Below are positions 51,250 through 64,000 of a stretch of DNA of 64,000 nt, in pieces. Made by a program: the position numbers and the translations under genes. Within the stretch, counting starts at the first letter, position 1, and every line of letters begins with the position of its first letter. Source of the DNA: Pristiophorus japonicus (lineage: Eukaryota); assembly GCF_044704955.1 (NCBI RefSeq), contig NC_091980.1:131316001-131380000 (forward strand), read 5' to 3'. The notes under the pieces were generated by a model. It searched no databases and was not told the DNA's origin. It was given only the letters and a program-made list of their open reading frames with translations.

Positions 51250-52765
51250 AACCCCTTTCCCTCACTCGCAGATCCACGATGCAGTTCCCCTTGTCCTCAC
51301 CTTCCCTACCATGAGCGTCCACATTCAATGAATCATTCTCCGTCTTTTCTGCCATCTCCAGAGCAATCCTACTCGCAAACGCATCTTCCCTTTCCTTCCC
51401 CTTTCAGCATTGTGAAGTGACCTCTCTGACTGACACTCTGGTCCTCAATCACCCCAAAGACCCCCTCCCTATCCCATGACACATTCCAGTGAAAGTGCAG
51501 GAGATGCAACACCTGTCCGTTTACCTCCTCTCTTCCCAATGTTCAGAGCACCAAACACTCCTACCAGTTGAAACAGTGAATTAATTGTACTCCTTACAAT
51601 TTAGTATACTCTATTCATTACTCACGATGCAATCTCCTCGACATTGGGGAGACCAAATCCTCTTTTCTTGGACAGTCCCTCGAAATCGAGGCTGACTTGC
51701 TTTCACACTCAAAATGCGATCTCTAGTGACTGAAGAATCCAATGTGATATGTAAATGTAGGGCACAGTGGTGTGGAGGAACGGGAGGTTGGGTTGCCGTG
51801 CGCTCCTTCCACTCTCAATGCTTGGCTTGAGTTTGCTCTCGGCGAAGAGACTTGAGTTGTTCAGCGCCCTCCCCGATATGTTTCCTCCACTTTGGGCGGT
51901 CTTGGGCCAGGGATTAGTAGGTGTCGATGGTAATGTTATACTTTTTCAAAGAGGCTTTGAGGGTGTTCTTGAAGCGTTTCCTCTGCCCAACTGGCGCTCA
52001 CTTGCCTTGTTGGAGCTCCGAGTGTTTTAGGAGCCTCGAGTCAGACATACGGACGATGTGGCCCGTCCCGCGGAGCTGATCAATTGTGGTCAATGCTTCG
52101 ATGCTGGGGATGTTGGCCTGAGCGAGGACACTGATGTTGATGTGCCTATCTTGCCAATGCATTTGCAGAATCTTGCACTTTCAACGGTGGTGGTACTTCT
52201 CCAGTGTTTTGAGATGCCTGCTGTACATAGTCCATGTCTCTGAGCCAAAAAGAATGGCGGTTATTACCACTGCTCTGTAGACCATGAGCCTGGTGCTGGG
52301 TTTGAGGTCCTGGTCTTGAAACACTCTCTTCCTCAGGCAACCGAAGGCTGCACTGAAGGCGGTGTTGGACCTCGTCGTCGATGTCTGCCCTTGTTGACAG
52401 GAGGCATTGGGGAGACCAAATGTAGATTGGGTGGCCGCTTTGCAAAACACCTCTGTTCAGTCTGCAAACTTCCGGTCGCCTGTCACTTTAATTCTCCGCT
52501 CCCCTCACACTCTGACCTCTCTGTCATCGGCCTCTTACACTGTTCCAACAAAGCTCAACATAATCTCCTCAGCTTTCTATTAGGCTCGTTATAGCCTTCT
52601 GGACTCAGCATCGAGTTCAACAATTTCAGACTAAAACCTCTGTCCATTTCCTTTTTAGCTGTTGATGATCCTGCTGCACCCATTTACACCTCTTCTGGAC
52701 CCATCTTTTGTTCCTTTACTTGTCCCATTACCTTCTCCATTTGCTTTGTACTTTCATACCTTTTG
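51250..52765 (+). mobile_element. Penelope-like fragment interrupted by an RTE
   Basis: Homologous to 16900-17680. The GIY-YIG remnant IGETKCRLG.RFA.HL is split at the RTE TSD. Confidence 0.75.
51659..52404 (-). mobile_element. RTE LINE 3' fragment with 17-bp TSD
   Basis: TSD CATTGGGGAGACCAAAT at 51642-51658 and 52405-52421. AAFGCLRKRVF..LMVYRAVV..GSETWT motif. Confidence 0.88.
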
Positions 52766-52895
52766 TCCATCCCCCTTCTTCCAATTACTTGATTGGTGCT
52801 CTGAGAGGCTGCAACTTCTGATTGGGTATTGAGGACTGTCACTCATCCTGCAGGCTGCCACACCCTGGGTTGTCCAGCAGTATAAATACAGGAGT
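52765..52895 (+). promoter_or_regulatory. Ferritin copy 4 promoter, upstream part replaced by Penelope sequence
   Basis: Two GATTGG boxes and TATAAATA at 52881-52888. Homology to the other promoters stops near 52765. Confidence 0.6.
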
Positions 52896-53100
52896 TTGAG
52901 GTTGGCTATATTTGAGTTTGTTGCTTTCACAAAATTTTGATTTGTAAAACGGAATAAAGATGGCTTCTCAAGTGTGTCAGAACTACTACCAGGACTGTGA
53001 GGATGCTGTCAACAAGCAGATCAACATGGAGCTCTATTCCTCCTATGTTTAGCTCTCTATGTGAGTTTTGCATTTTAGACCACTTCACAATGGAGTCTAT

Positions 53101-54447
53101 GGGCCCAAGTTTCGGCCTCAGTTGCTCCTGATTTTTTGGAGCAACTGGTGTAGAACGGAGTATCTTAGAAATTCAAATTCTCGGCATTTAGTTTGCTCCA
53201 GTTCTAGTCAGTTAGAACAGTTTCACTTTGGAACAGAATATTTTTTTCAAAAGAGGGCGTGTCTGGCCACTTACGCCTGTTTTCAAAGTTTCGGCAGTGA
53301 AAACTAACTCCAAACTAACTTAGAATAGAGTAAGTGAAGATTTTTGTACGCTCGAAAAAACCTTGTCTACACTTTAGAAAATCAGGCGTAGGTTACAAAT
53401 TAGGCGTAGGGAACGAGGTGGGGGGGGGGGGGGAAAGGAAGTCATTAAATTCTACAATCAATCCTTAGTTATACTTATACAAATATTATACAAATAAATC
53501 CAACCTGAATAAAAATTTATAAGCAAAGAAAAGATTAAATAAACCATGTTCCTACCTGAAGCACAGCAGCCTTCGAGCTGCTGTGCTTCAGGCAGGCCTT
53601 TCATGTTGGAGATAGGCAGGGATGTGGCGTCAGTGTCTCGACGGTAGCCCCAACAGCGGCAGCAAGCAGCCTTCGAGCTGAGCTGCTGTGCTGCAGGCAG
53701 GCTTCATTCTGTTAGTGACTGGCCGGCAGCCGAAGAATCAACACCGGACGCACGCAGCTTTTCAAGGGGGTTAAGGCCATTCGGCCATGGGATAGTGGCT
53801 GGCCGGCAGCTGAAGGATCAACACCGGACGCACGCAGCTTTTCAAGGGGGTTAAGGCCATTCGGCCATGGGATAGTGGCTGGCCGGCAGCCGAAGGATCA
53901 ACACCGGACGCACGCAGCTTTTCAAGGGGGTAGAGGCCAATCGGCCACGCTTTAGGGGCGGTGTCAGTGGCTCGACGGCAGCCGAAGATACAGCACCGGA
54001 CCGACGTGAGGCCATTTGGTCATGGGATAGCAGCGGCGTCAGTGGCTGGCCGGCAGCCGAAGAATCAACACAGGACACACGTAGCTTTTCAAGGGGGTTG
54101 AGGCCATTCGGCCACGCTTTAGGGGCGACGTCAGTGGCTCCAGTCCTTTTAAAAATGGCCGAGTGCCAATGTTTGTTTGACACGGCGCGCACGCTCCAAC
54201 GCGCACACACAGGGTTGCCGGCACCACGTTGGCTCATTCAAATTGGACTCGCCCCCCCACTACTTACAGAATCGGCGCGAGTGTTTGGCTCCGCCCCCCG
54301 CTGTGAAGAGCGCGCCGCGCCAAGCACAGATCAAGCTCCGAGGAGCCGGAGAATATCGAAGTTTTTTTCTAGCGCACTTTTAGGCGTGAAGAACAGACGT
54401 CCAGCTCGGAGGTGCGCCGTTTTCGGCGCGGACCGAAACTTGGGGCC
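53101..54447. mobile_element. Non-autonomous TIR DNA transposon (PIF/Harbinger-like) in copy 4 intron 1
   Basis: 15-bp TIRs GGGCCCAAGTTTCGG / CCGAAACTTGGGGCC (1 mismatch) and 3-bp TSD TAT. Paralogous introns show the empty site. Confidence 0.8.
53715..54140. repeat. GC-rich 80-bp tandem repeat inside the DNA transposon
   Basis: Units start at 53715, 53795 and 53875, with variant units to about 54140. Confidence 0.9.
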
Positions 54448-54742
54448 TATGTAATGTGAATTTACTAAATTCTGTGCTGCATCCAGCCCACCTATTCTGA
54501 GTATCTTAAATCTTTGACTCTCATTTCTGGGCTCTTTTGAGCTTGTTGTTGAAGTTTATTCCGAATAATTCCTAAATTCTGCATTCAATGCATGGAATTC
54601 AGAATTTGTATACTCATTCTAAATCACTTCATGGACTTTCTCTACCTTGCCTTTTGCAATGAGGGATGTAATGAAATTTAGTCAGGCCATTTAGGAGGGA
54701 AGTCGGGAAGTATTCTTTCCTACAAGAGTGTTGGAAATCTGG

Positions 54743-54744
<2 letters not shown>

Positions 54745-54773
<29 letters not shown>
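54745..54773. repeat. (CT)n microsatellite
   Basis: Direct reading. Confidence 0.95.
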
Positions 54774-54774
<1 letters not shown>

Positions 54775-54776
<2 letters not shown>

Positions 54777-55105
54777 GACTTGCTTCCACGCTTAAAATGA
54801 GTCCTTGGGTGGCTGAACAGTCCAATACGAGAACCACAGACTCAGGTGGGAAACATAGTTGTTGAGGGAAAGAGTGGGTGGCACTAGTTTGCCGCACGCT
54901 TTTTTGGTTGCCTGCTCTTGGTGGTGAGACTCGTGGTACTCAGCGCCCTCCCGGATGCACTTCTTCCGCTTGGGGTGATCTCTGGCCAGGGATTCCCAGG
55001 TGTCAGTGCTTATGTTACAATTTTTCAAGGAGGCTTTGAGGGTGTCCCTGTAATGTTTCCTCTGCGCACGTTTGGCTCGTTTGCCATTAAGGAGTTCCAT
55101 GTTCA
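54775..55105 (-). mobile_element. RTE LINE 3' fragment
   Basis: GKR..QRKHYRDTLKASLKNCNI..WESLA motif. Confidence 0.8.
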
Positions 55106-56439
55106 GTAAAGTTTTGAACCCTTGAAAGAAAGCAAAATATTGAGGTTGAAGTTATGTGCTGTGCAAATGATGATTGGTCTGTGACATAATCTTCTGATCT
55201 CTCCACAGTCCTTCTTCTTTGACCAGGATGATGGAGTTCTTCAAAGAGCATTCAGGTGAGCATGTTGAGAAACTGATGAAATTCCAGAATTGACGTGGTG
55301 GCTGAATCATTTTGGCAGACATCAAGGTTTGGTTCAATAAAAGTGGCCTTCTGACTGGCTCCCCTTCGACTGAATGTTCCCAATACGTGCTAAAGCAATT
55401 ATTTCCAATTTACAGCACACAGGCCATTTGGCCAAGCTGGTCTTTGTTGGTGTTTATACTCCACATGAGCCTCCTCCCATTTTGCTTTATCTTGGCCTGT
55501 CAGCATATCATTCTATTCTCTTCTCCCCATGCACTTGCATTGAATCCCTTTAAATACATCTCTGCAAAACATCCAGTGGTTGTAATAGCTTCATGGCAAT
55601 TTTGTATTCTAACAAATCAGTTCATAGTAAAGTCGACTTTTGATTGAACCCCAATTTCCTTTAATACATTCTAATGTTTGTTTAATCCATTGTAAGTGAA
55701 CTGTTAGAACTTTCTTTCCAGAAACCAGAGCAGGATGAGTGGAGCAATGGTCTAGAGGTGATGCAGAGAGCTCTGCAGATGAAAAATGTGAACCAGAGTC
55801 TGCTGGATCTGCACAAACACTCCACTGAGCACTGATCCTCATGTAAGTTGTTAATGATTTAATGTGGGCTTTTGGGTAAGTTGGAGGTTGTAAACCTTGC
55901 TGTGCTTTTAAAAGATCTCCATGTGTTGGTGTCTCTTTTTGTTTGGGGAGTAGTGAGAAGGGACGGGGGAAGTTTGCCTACTGTGGACAGTGACTAGTCA
56001 GTGTCCGAGTGATCCCAGGATCTGAGCACCTATTGTGCAGTAAGTTTAATCTCAATTGCACCACTTGACTATCCTCCAGTTGAAGAGGATTATGATCCAG
56101 ATTCTCAAGGGACAGTTGACATTCCTTGATATCTGCTGCTGAACATAACTAGTTTCTCTCTTTCAGTTGTGTGACTTCCTGGAGACCCACTACTTGGATG
56201 AACAAGTGAAGATGATCAAGAAGCTTGGAGATCACATCACCAACCTGAAGAGACTGGGAGCCCCTCAGAATGGCATGGGAGAGTACCTGTTTGACAAGCA
56301 CACCCGAGGGGATAGTGACAAAACTGACTGATGGGTTCAAGCTTATTGTATTTGTATAATTAGGACCCCCCATCCTGTGGGGAATGATGGCTTCTGACTT
56401 TGTACAAAGAGCTATGATGCAAAATGTAACATAACTGTA

Positions 56440-56445
56440 AATAAA
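56440..56445 (+). terminator. Polyadenylation signal, copy 4
   Basis: AATAAA at the paralogous position. Confidence 0.6.
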
Positions 56446-57589
56446 CTGTTCAACATTGGACTGGGTTTTGTCATCTTGTATGTGAGTGGTTGCTTATCTT
56501 TCAATTAACATAACCAGAATTACACTGACCTGTGCAACAGTGTAATGGGATTCAGTCTAATCAAATTTGCTTTTCCTCTGATGTATATCGATGTATTGAG
56601 TTTGATATTCAGACATGTGTTGCAAGGCCGAAAATGTTCAAGGTGTGTGCAGATCATTAACAACCCCATTTGAGGGACAAAGCATGGTCAGAGGTAGGTT
56701 TTAGGGAATGTATTAAATAGGTTTAGAGAGGGAATGCCAAAGCTTGCGACCTAAGCAGTGGAATTAAAAATACCTGTTTCCACTAGTGAACATTCTCATG
56801 GCCCTTATATAAAGGAAAATTCAATAACAAAATACAAGTTGCTATAACATGGGTTAAACAGTGGCAGCATATTCCAGTAAATCAGAGTTTCACCATTTTG
56901 GTCTAGTGAAGAAAGTGACCTGGGTTAGTATCCTACTTCAGTGTATAAACCCTGGAATTAGCAGTTTGTATTCAGTATTTGCTGCAGATCCTGTTCTGTT
57001 ATTACTGCAGATTGCTCTGTAACTGAACTCACCACTGCTGTTGTAGAATTTCTGTTCAGCTTTGTAGGCAGAGCTCCAATTAATGTACAGACCAACAATG
57101 AGTGATTTGAATGCTGGGGACTACAATTGGATGAGGAGGGAAAGCAACAGGTGGCATCAGCTTACTGTCACGGCTTCATTGGTTAGTGTGGATACCCAAG
57201 TGTGGTGGTTCGGGGACACATTCTCTTCCGCCTGCTTCCCATCCTGATCGAATAACTTGCTAACATGATCTATGCTCACAAGAATAAGGTATTGGAGGAT
57301 TACCTGTGCAACTGGACTTGAACAAAATATAATCCTTTTGGAAGGGAGAGTAAATGTGTTTCTTTAAATGCACAAAGCAAAAGGCCCAAGATTTTAAACA
57401 CACAGCACTGGAAAATCATTTGTCCCATCCTGGGCCCCAATGCCAAATACCTGAATTTATCAACCCAATGTATCCAGTTGTATTTGCTCGCAATGTGCAT
57501 TTCATACCAAATAGCAATTATCCTGTCCAAATGCCAGTGGATCTCCATTTCTTTACTTCACCCCTGTGAATGGATTCAAATGTCAATGC

Positions 57590-58143
57590 TGAACTCCAAG
57601 CCTTCGTCAACACCCTCACCGAGGCGTAAGAAAGCAAAGGCCTTGCACTAAACATCTGGAGGACAAAGGTCTTCCACCAACCTGACCCCGCCACGCAGCA
57701 CTTTACCCGGTCATCAAAATCCACGGCGCGGCCTTGGACACATTTTCCATATCTCGGGAAACTACTGTCAGCAAGGGCAGACATCGATGACGAGGTCCAA
57801 CATCGCCTTCGGTCGCCTGAAAAATGGAATGTTCAAAACTGGCACCAAGCTTATGATCTATAGGGCAATAGTGATAACCGCCCTCCTTTATGGCAAACAG
57901 CTCAAAATACTTGAGAAGTACCACCAGCACTGCATCCGCAAGATCATGCAAATCCATTTGGAGCAAAGACGCACCAACGTTTGTGTTCTCGCTTAGGCCA
58001 ACATCCCCCGCATCAAAGCACTGATCACGCTCGATCAGCTCCGTTGGGCAGGTCACATCGTCCACATGCCCAACACGAGACTCCAAAAGCAAGCGCTCCT
58101 TGGAGTTTCATCACAGCAGGTAAGCTCGAGGTGGGCAGAGGAA
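57590..58143 (+). mobile_element. RTE fragment interrupted by a CR1 (resumes 62492-62775)
   Basis: ..GGTGGGCAGAGGAA joins ACACTTCAAGGACACCCTCAAAGCC across the CR1. Confidence 0.8.
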
Positions 58144-61100
58144 GGAGTGCAGCAGCATAGAGTGGCATTCGTGAGTTTGGTAAGTGGGTGAGTTATAAGG
58201 GCAAGTGGGGGTGGTAGATGCTGTTTTGTCTTATTTTTCCTGCCAGTGCTGACAGTAGAGCAGCTGAGAAGGAGCACGAGAGTAGGAGACGGAGGCCCAG
58301 AGACCGGCCCAACCAACTGCAGACAAAGATAGAGGGGTGCAAAATCGAGAGGTGATGTCACAGCCAAGCTGGTAAGTGGTTGGCTGTTCAACTGATAAAT
58401 ATAACTCTCTTTTAGACTGACTTTTAGATTGGTTTAATTGGCAGTGAAGTAGCTGTTTCATGTTTAAGTGAATTTTAGTAAGTAAATTAATTTAAGGGTT
58501 AAGTCATGGCAGGAGAGCTCGGACCCATGTCATGCTCCTCCTGTGCTATGTGGGAAATCAGGGACACTTCTAGTGTCCCTGACTACTATGTGTGCAGGAA
58601 GTGTGTCCAGCTGCAGCTCTTGACAGACCGCATGGCGGCACTGGAGCTGCGGATGGACTCACTCTGGAGCATGCACGATGCTGAGAATGTTGTGGATAGC
58701 ACATTTACTGAGTTGGTCACACCGCAGGTAATGGTTAGAACAGATAGTGAATGGATGACCAAGAGACAAGGCAAGAACAGGAAGGTAGTGCAGGAGTCCC
58801 CTGCAGTCATCTCCTTCCAGATATACAGTTTTGGATACTGTTGGGGGAGATGACTTACCAGGGGAAGGCACCAGCAGCCAGGTTCATGGTACCATGGGTG
58901 GCTCTGCTGCACAGAAGGGCTGGAAAAAGAGTGGGAGAGCTATAGTGATAGGGGACTCTATTGTAAGGGGAATAGATAGGAGTTTCTGCGGCTGCAACCG
59001 AGACTCCAGGATGGTATGTTGCCTCCCTGGTGCAAGGGTCAAGGATGTCTCGGAGCGGCTGCACAGCATTCTGGAGAGGGAGGGTGAACAGCCAACGATA
59101 TAGGTAAGAAGCAGGAAGAGGTCCTACAAGCTGAATTTAGGGAGCTTGAGTTAAATTAAAAAGTAGTATCTCAAAGGTAGTAATCTCTGGATTGCTACCA
59201 GTGCCACGTGCTAATCAGGATAGTTAGAATAAATACGTGGCTTGAGCAGTGGTGCAAGAGCGAGGGATTCAAATTCCTGGGGCATTGGAACCAGTTCTGG
59301 GGAAAGTGGGACCTGTACAAAAGGGACAGTTTGCACTTGGGCAGGACTGGAACTGATGTGCTGGGGGTAACATTTGCTTCTGCAGTTCGGGAGTGTTTAA
59401 ACTAATATGGCAGGGGGATGGGAACCTATGCAGCGAGACCGGGAAAAGTAATATGGAGTAATATCAGAAACAGATGTTAGAAAGGTAAAAAGCAATAGTG
59501 GAAGGCCGAGTAAAAAAAGGCAAGAAACAAAAAGGGCCACAATACATCATAATTCTAAAAGGACAAAGGGTGTTAAAAAAAAATAAGCCTGAAGGCTTTG
59601 TGTCTTAATGCAAGGAGTATCCGTAATAAGGTGGATGAATTAACTGTGCAAATAGATGTTAACAGATATGATGTGATTGGGATTACAGAGACATGGCTCC
59701 AGGATGATCAGGGCTGGGAACTCAACATCCAAGGGTATTCAACATTCAACATTCAGGAAGGATACAATAAAAGGAAAAGGAGGTGGTGTAGCATTGCTGG
59801 TTACAGAGGAGATTAATGCCATAGTTAGGAAGGACAGTAGCTTGGATGATGTGGAATCTATATGGGTAGAGCTGCAGCACACCAAAGGGCAAAAAACGTT
59901 AGTGGGAGTTGTGTACAGACCTCCAAACAGTAGTAGTGATGTTGAGGAGGGCATCAAACAGGAAATTAGGGGTGCATGCAATAAAGGTGCAGCAGTTATC
60001 ATGTGTGACTTTAATATGCATATAGATTGGGCTAACCAAACTGGAAGCAATACGGTGGAGGAGGATTTCCTGGAGTGCATAAGGGATGGTTTTCTCGACC
60101 AATATGTCGAGGAACCAACTAGAGGGGAGGCCATCTTAGCCTAGGTGTTGTGTAATGAGAGAGGATTAATTAGCAATCTCGTTGTGTGAGGCCCCTTGGG
60201 GAAGAGTGACCATAATATGGTGGAATTCTACATTAGGATGGAGAATGAAACAGTTAATTCAGAGACCATGGTCCAGAACTTAAAGAACGGTAACTTTGAA
60301 GGTATGAGGCGTGAATTGGCTAGGATAGATTGGCGAATATTACTTAAGGTGTTGACAGTGGATGGGCAATGGCAGACCTTTAGAGACCGCATGGATGAAC
60401 TACAACAATTGTACATCCCTGTATGGCGCAAAAATAAAAAAGCGAAGGTGGCTCAACCGTGGCTATCACGGGAAATCAGCGATAGTCTTAAAGCTAAGGA
60501 GGTGGCATACAAATTGGCCAGAAATAGCAGCGAACCCGGGGAATGGGAGAAATTTAGAACTCAGCAGAGGAGGACAAAAAGTTTGATTAGGGCAGGGAAA
60601 ATAGTGTACAAGAGGAAACTTGCAGGGAACAGAAAGACGGACTGCAAAAGCTTCTATAGATATGTAAAGAGAAAAAGGTTAGTAAAGACAAACATAGGTC
60701 CCCTGCAGTCAGAATCAGGGGAAGTTATAATGGGGAACAAAGAAATGGTAGACCAATTGAACAAGTACTTTGGTTCGGTATTCAATAAGGAGGACACAAA
60801 CAACCTTCCGGATATAAAAGGGGTCAGAGGTCTTGTAAGAAGGAGGAACTGAGGGAAATCCTTATTAGTCAGGAAATTGTGTTGGGGAAATTGATGGGAT
60901 TGCAGGGCGATAAATCCCCAGGGCCTGATGGTCTGCATCCCAGAGTACTTAAGGAGGTGGCCTTGGAAATAGCGGATGCATTGACAGTCATTTTCCAACA
61001 TTCCATAGTCTCTGGATCAGTTCCTATGGAGTGGAAGATAGCCAATGAAACCCCACTTTTTAAAAAAGGATGGAGAGAGAAAACGGGGAATTATAGACTG

Positions 61101-62491
61101 GTCAGCCTGACATCGGTAGTGGGTAAAATGATGGAATCAATTTTAAAGGATATCACAGCAGCGCATTTGGAAAGAGGTGATATGATAGGTCCAAGTCAGC
61201 ATGATTTGTGAAAGGGAAATCATGCTTGACAAATCTTCTGGAATTTTTTGAGGATGTTTCCAATAGAGTGGACAAGGGGGAACCAGTTGGTGTGGTGTAT
61301 TTGGACTTTCAAAAGGCTTTCGACAAGTTCCCACACAAGAGAATAATGTGCAAAGTTAAAGCACATGGGATTGGGGGTCGTGTGCTATATGTGGATTGAG
61401 AACTGGTTGGCAGATAGGAAGCAAAGTGTAGGAGTAAATGGGTACTTTTCAGAATGGCAGGCAGTTACTAGTGGGGTACCGCAAGGTTCTGTGCTGGGGC
61501 CCCAGCTGTTTACATTGTACATTAATGATTTAGACGAGGGGATTAAATGTAGTATCTCCAAATTTGCGGATAACGCTAAGTTGGGTGGCAGTGTGAGCTG
61601 CGAGGAGGATGCTATGAGGCTGCAGAGTGACTTGGATAGGTTAGGTGAGTGGGCAAATGCTTGGCAGATGATGTATAATGCGGATAAATGTGAGGTTTAT
61701 CCACTTTGGTGGTAAAAACAGAGCGATAGACTTATCTGAATGGTGACAGATTAGGAAAAGGGGAGGTGCAATGAGACCTGGGTGTCATGGTACATCAGTC
61801 ATTGAAGGTTGGCATGCAGGTACAGCAGGCGGTAAAGAAATCAAATGGCATGTTGGCCTTCATAGCTAGGAGATTTGAGTATGGGAGCAGGGAGGTGTTA
61901 TTACAGTTGTTACAGGGCCTTGGTGAGGCCACACCTGGAGTATTGTGTACAATTTTGGTCTCCTAACTTGAGGAAGGACATTCTTGCTATTGAGGGAGTG
62001 CAGCGAAGGTTCACCAGACTGATTCCCAGGGTGGCGGGACTGATATATCGAGAAAGACTGGATCAATTGGGCTTGTATTCACTGGAGTTCAGAAGAATGA
62101 GAGGGGATCTCATAGAAACGTTTAAAATTCTGATGGGATTAGACAGGTTAGATGCAGGAAGAATGTTCCCAATGTTGGGGAAGTCCAGAACCAGGGGTCA
62201 CAGTCTAAGGATAAGGGGTAAACCATTTAGGACCGAGATGAGGAGAAACTTCATCACGCAGAAAGTGGTGAACCTGTGGAATTCTCCACCACAGAAAGTT
62301 GTTGAGGCCAATTCAATAAATATATTAAAAAAGGAGTTAGATGTAGTCCTTACTACTAGGGGGAACAAGGGGTATGGTGAGAAAGCAGGAATGGGGTACT
62401 GACGTTGCATGTTCAGCCATGAACTCATTGAATGGCGGTGCAGGCTAGAAGGGCCGAATGGCCTAATCCTGCACCTATTTTCTATGTTTCT
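58144..62491 (+). mobile_element. Full-length decayed CR1 LINE (different subfamily from 19903-24331)
   Basis: 5'UTR, frameshifted esterase ORF1 from 58506 (IVIGDSIVRG), APE-RT ORF2 from about 59598 with stops, TTTCTATGTTTCTA tail. Confidence 0.93.
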
Positions 62492-62814
62492 AACACTTCA
62501 AGGACACCCTCAAAGCCTCCTTGACAAAGTGCAACATCCCCACCGATACCTGGGAGTCCCTGGCCCAAAACCACACAAAGTGGAGGAACAGCATGCAGGA
62601 CATCGCTGAGCACCTCGAGTCTCATCGCTGAGAGCAAGCAGAAACCAAGCACAGACAGCAGAAGGAGCATGTGTCAACCCAGGCTCCCCGCTTTTCTTCA
62701 ACCACTGTCTGCCCTACATTGGTCTCTTCAGCCACCTGAGAACTCACTTTTAGAGTGGAAGCAAGTCATCCTCGTTTTTGACTCTGGATCATTAGTCCAG
62801 GCCTCTAGATTACT

Positions 62815-64000
62815 TACTTAAGAACAGATGAAATAAGAACAGGGGTAGGTCATTTGGCTCCTTGAGTCTGCTCCACCATTCAATAAGATCATGGCTGATC
62901 TAATGATGGCCTCAACTCCACTTACCTGCCCTCTTCCCATAACCCTTGACTCCCTTATCGTTCAGAAATCTGTTGATCTCCACCTTGCATATATTCAGGC
63001 TACCGAAATATGGGAAGTGGTCCACGTTGTCCAGGGTCGCACCATGGATGTTGATGACATGGGGGGCAATGCTGTGCAGTGAGGATAGCATATCTTGGGA
63101 GCCTCCTATCATCAAGAGCAGGCATTGACGATGAGATCCGACACTGCCTCCAGTGTGCCAGTGCAGTCTTCAGCCACCTGAGGAAAAGAGTGTTTGAAGA
63201 CCGAGCCCTCAGAACTGCCACCAATCTCATGGTCTACAGGGCTGTAGTAATATCCGCCCTCCTGTATGGCTTAGAGACATGGACCATATACAATAGATAC
63301 CTCAAGTCGCTGGAGGCATACCACCAACGATGTCTCTGCAAGATCCTACAAATCCCCTGGGAGGACAGGTGCACCAACATTAGCATCCTCGACCAGGCCA
63401 ACATCCCCAGTATTGAAGTACTGACTAAACATGATCAGCTCCGCTGGACAGGCCACGTAGTTCGCATGACAGATACGAGACTCCCAAAGCAAGTGGTCTA
63501 CTCGGAACTCCTTAATGGCAAACGAGCCAATGGTGGGCAGCAGAAGCATGACAAGGACACCCACAAAGCATCCCTGATAAAGTGCAACATCTCCACTGAC
63601 CTCTGGGAGTCCCTGGCCAAAGACCGCCCTAAGTGGAGGAAGTGCATCCGTGTGGGCGCTGAGCCCCTTGTGCCTCATCGCCCAAAGCATGCAGAAATCA
63701 AGCGCTGGCAGCGGAAAGAGCGTGCGGCAAACCTGTCCCACCCACCCCTTCCCTCAATGACTATCTGTCCCACCTGTGACAGAGTCTGTGGTTCTCGTAT
63801 TGGACTGTTCAGCCACCAAAGAACTCATTATAAGAGTGGAAGCAAGTCGTCCTCGATTCTGAGGGACTGCCTATGATGATGATGATTATGACATATATTC
63901 AGTGACCCAGTCTCCACAGATCTGTGGGGGAGAGAATTCGAAAGATTCACAACCCTCTGAGAGAAGAAATTCTTCCTCATTTCGGTTTTAAATGGGCATC
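62815..64000 (-). mobile_element. CR1 3' tail fragment interrupted by an RTE
   Basis: CCATTCAATAAGATCATGGCTGATC motif; continues after 63892. Confidence 0.7.
62999..63891 (+). mobile_element. RTE LINE, 5'-truncated with 5' inversion, 11-bp TSD
   Basis: TSD CATATATTCAG at 62988-62998 and 63892-63902. Open C-terminal ORF with CPTC..H..H finger and (GAT)n tail. Confidence 0.88.

Larger units (their letters stand above)
52960..56331 (+). pseudogene. FTH1-like: Ferritin copy 4, heavily decayed pseudogene
   Basis: Exon 1 (52960-53061) has TAG at 53050 and a 1-nt loss at the donor. Exon 2 (55209-55326) has 20-nt and 9-nt deletions, the latter removing HEE, and TGA at 55291 and 55303. Exon 3 (55722-55842) has 3-nt and 2-nt deletions. 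Exon 4 starts at 56167 with its TAA changed to AAA (56320); the next stop is at 56329-56331. Confidence 0.93.

Noticed and set aside
53715-54140. CRISPR-like array
   Set aside because: The units are contiguous tandem repeats without unique spacers, inside a eukaryotic DNA transposon, and there are no cas genes.

Overview
Eukaryotic, repeat-dense DNA. The HE1/Deu-type SINEs and the CR1, RTE, Tx1 and Penelope content point to a cartilaginous fish (shark/ray); this is an inference. The only host genes are four + strand, 4-exon ferritin (H/M-type, 176 aa) genes in a tandem array. Copy 1 (10959-13519) and copy 3 (47586-50200) have intact spliced ORFs. Copy 2 (37749-40342) and copy 4 (52960-56331) are pseudogenes. 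Copies 1 and 2 lie in a segmental duplication offset by about 26.8 kb, each with an antisense Gypsy LTR element just upstream of the promoter. Best candidate for new biology: none of the four 5'UTRs has a canonical iron-responsive element. Each carries what looks like a decayed IRE, partly refolded into a different hairpin, and all copies have Met at the variable ferroxidase-site position 144. This suggests an amplified ferritin subfamily uncoupled from IRP control. Other observations are three micro-inversions between the duplicates, a possible Tx1 target preference, a twin-primed RTE, a Penelope hammerhead relic and a gene-less 'ghost' unit. All alignments were done by eye, and TE boundaries without a TSD are approximate.
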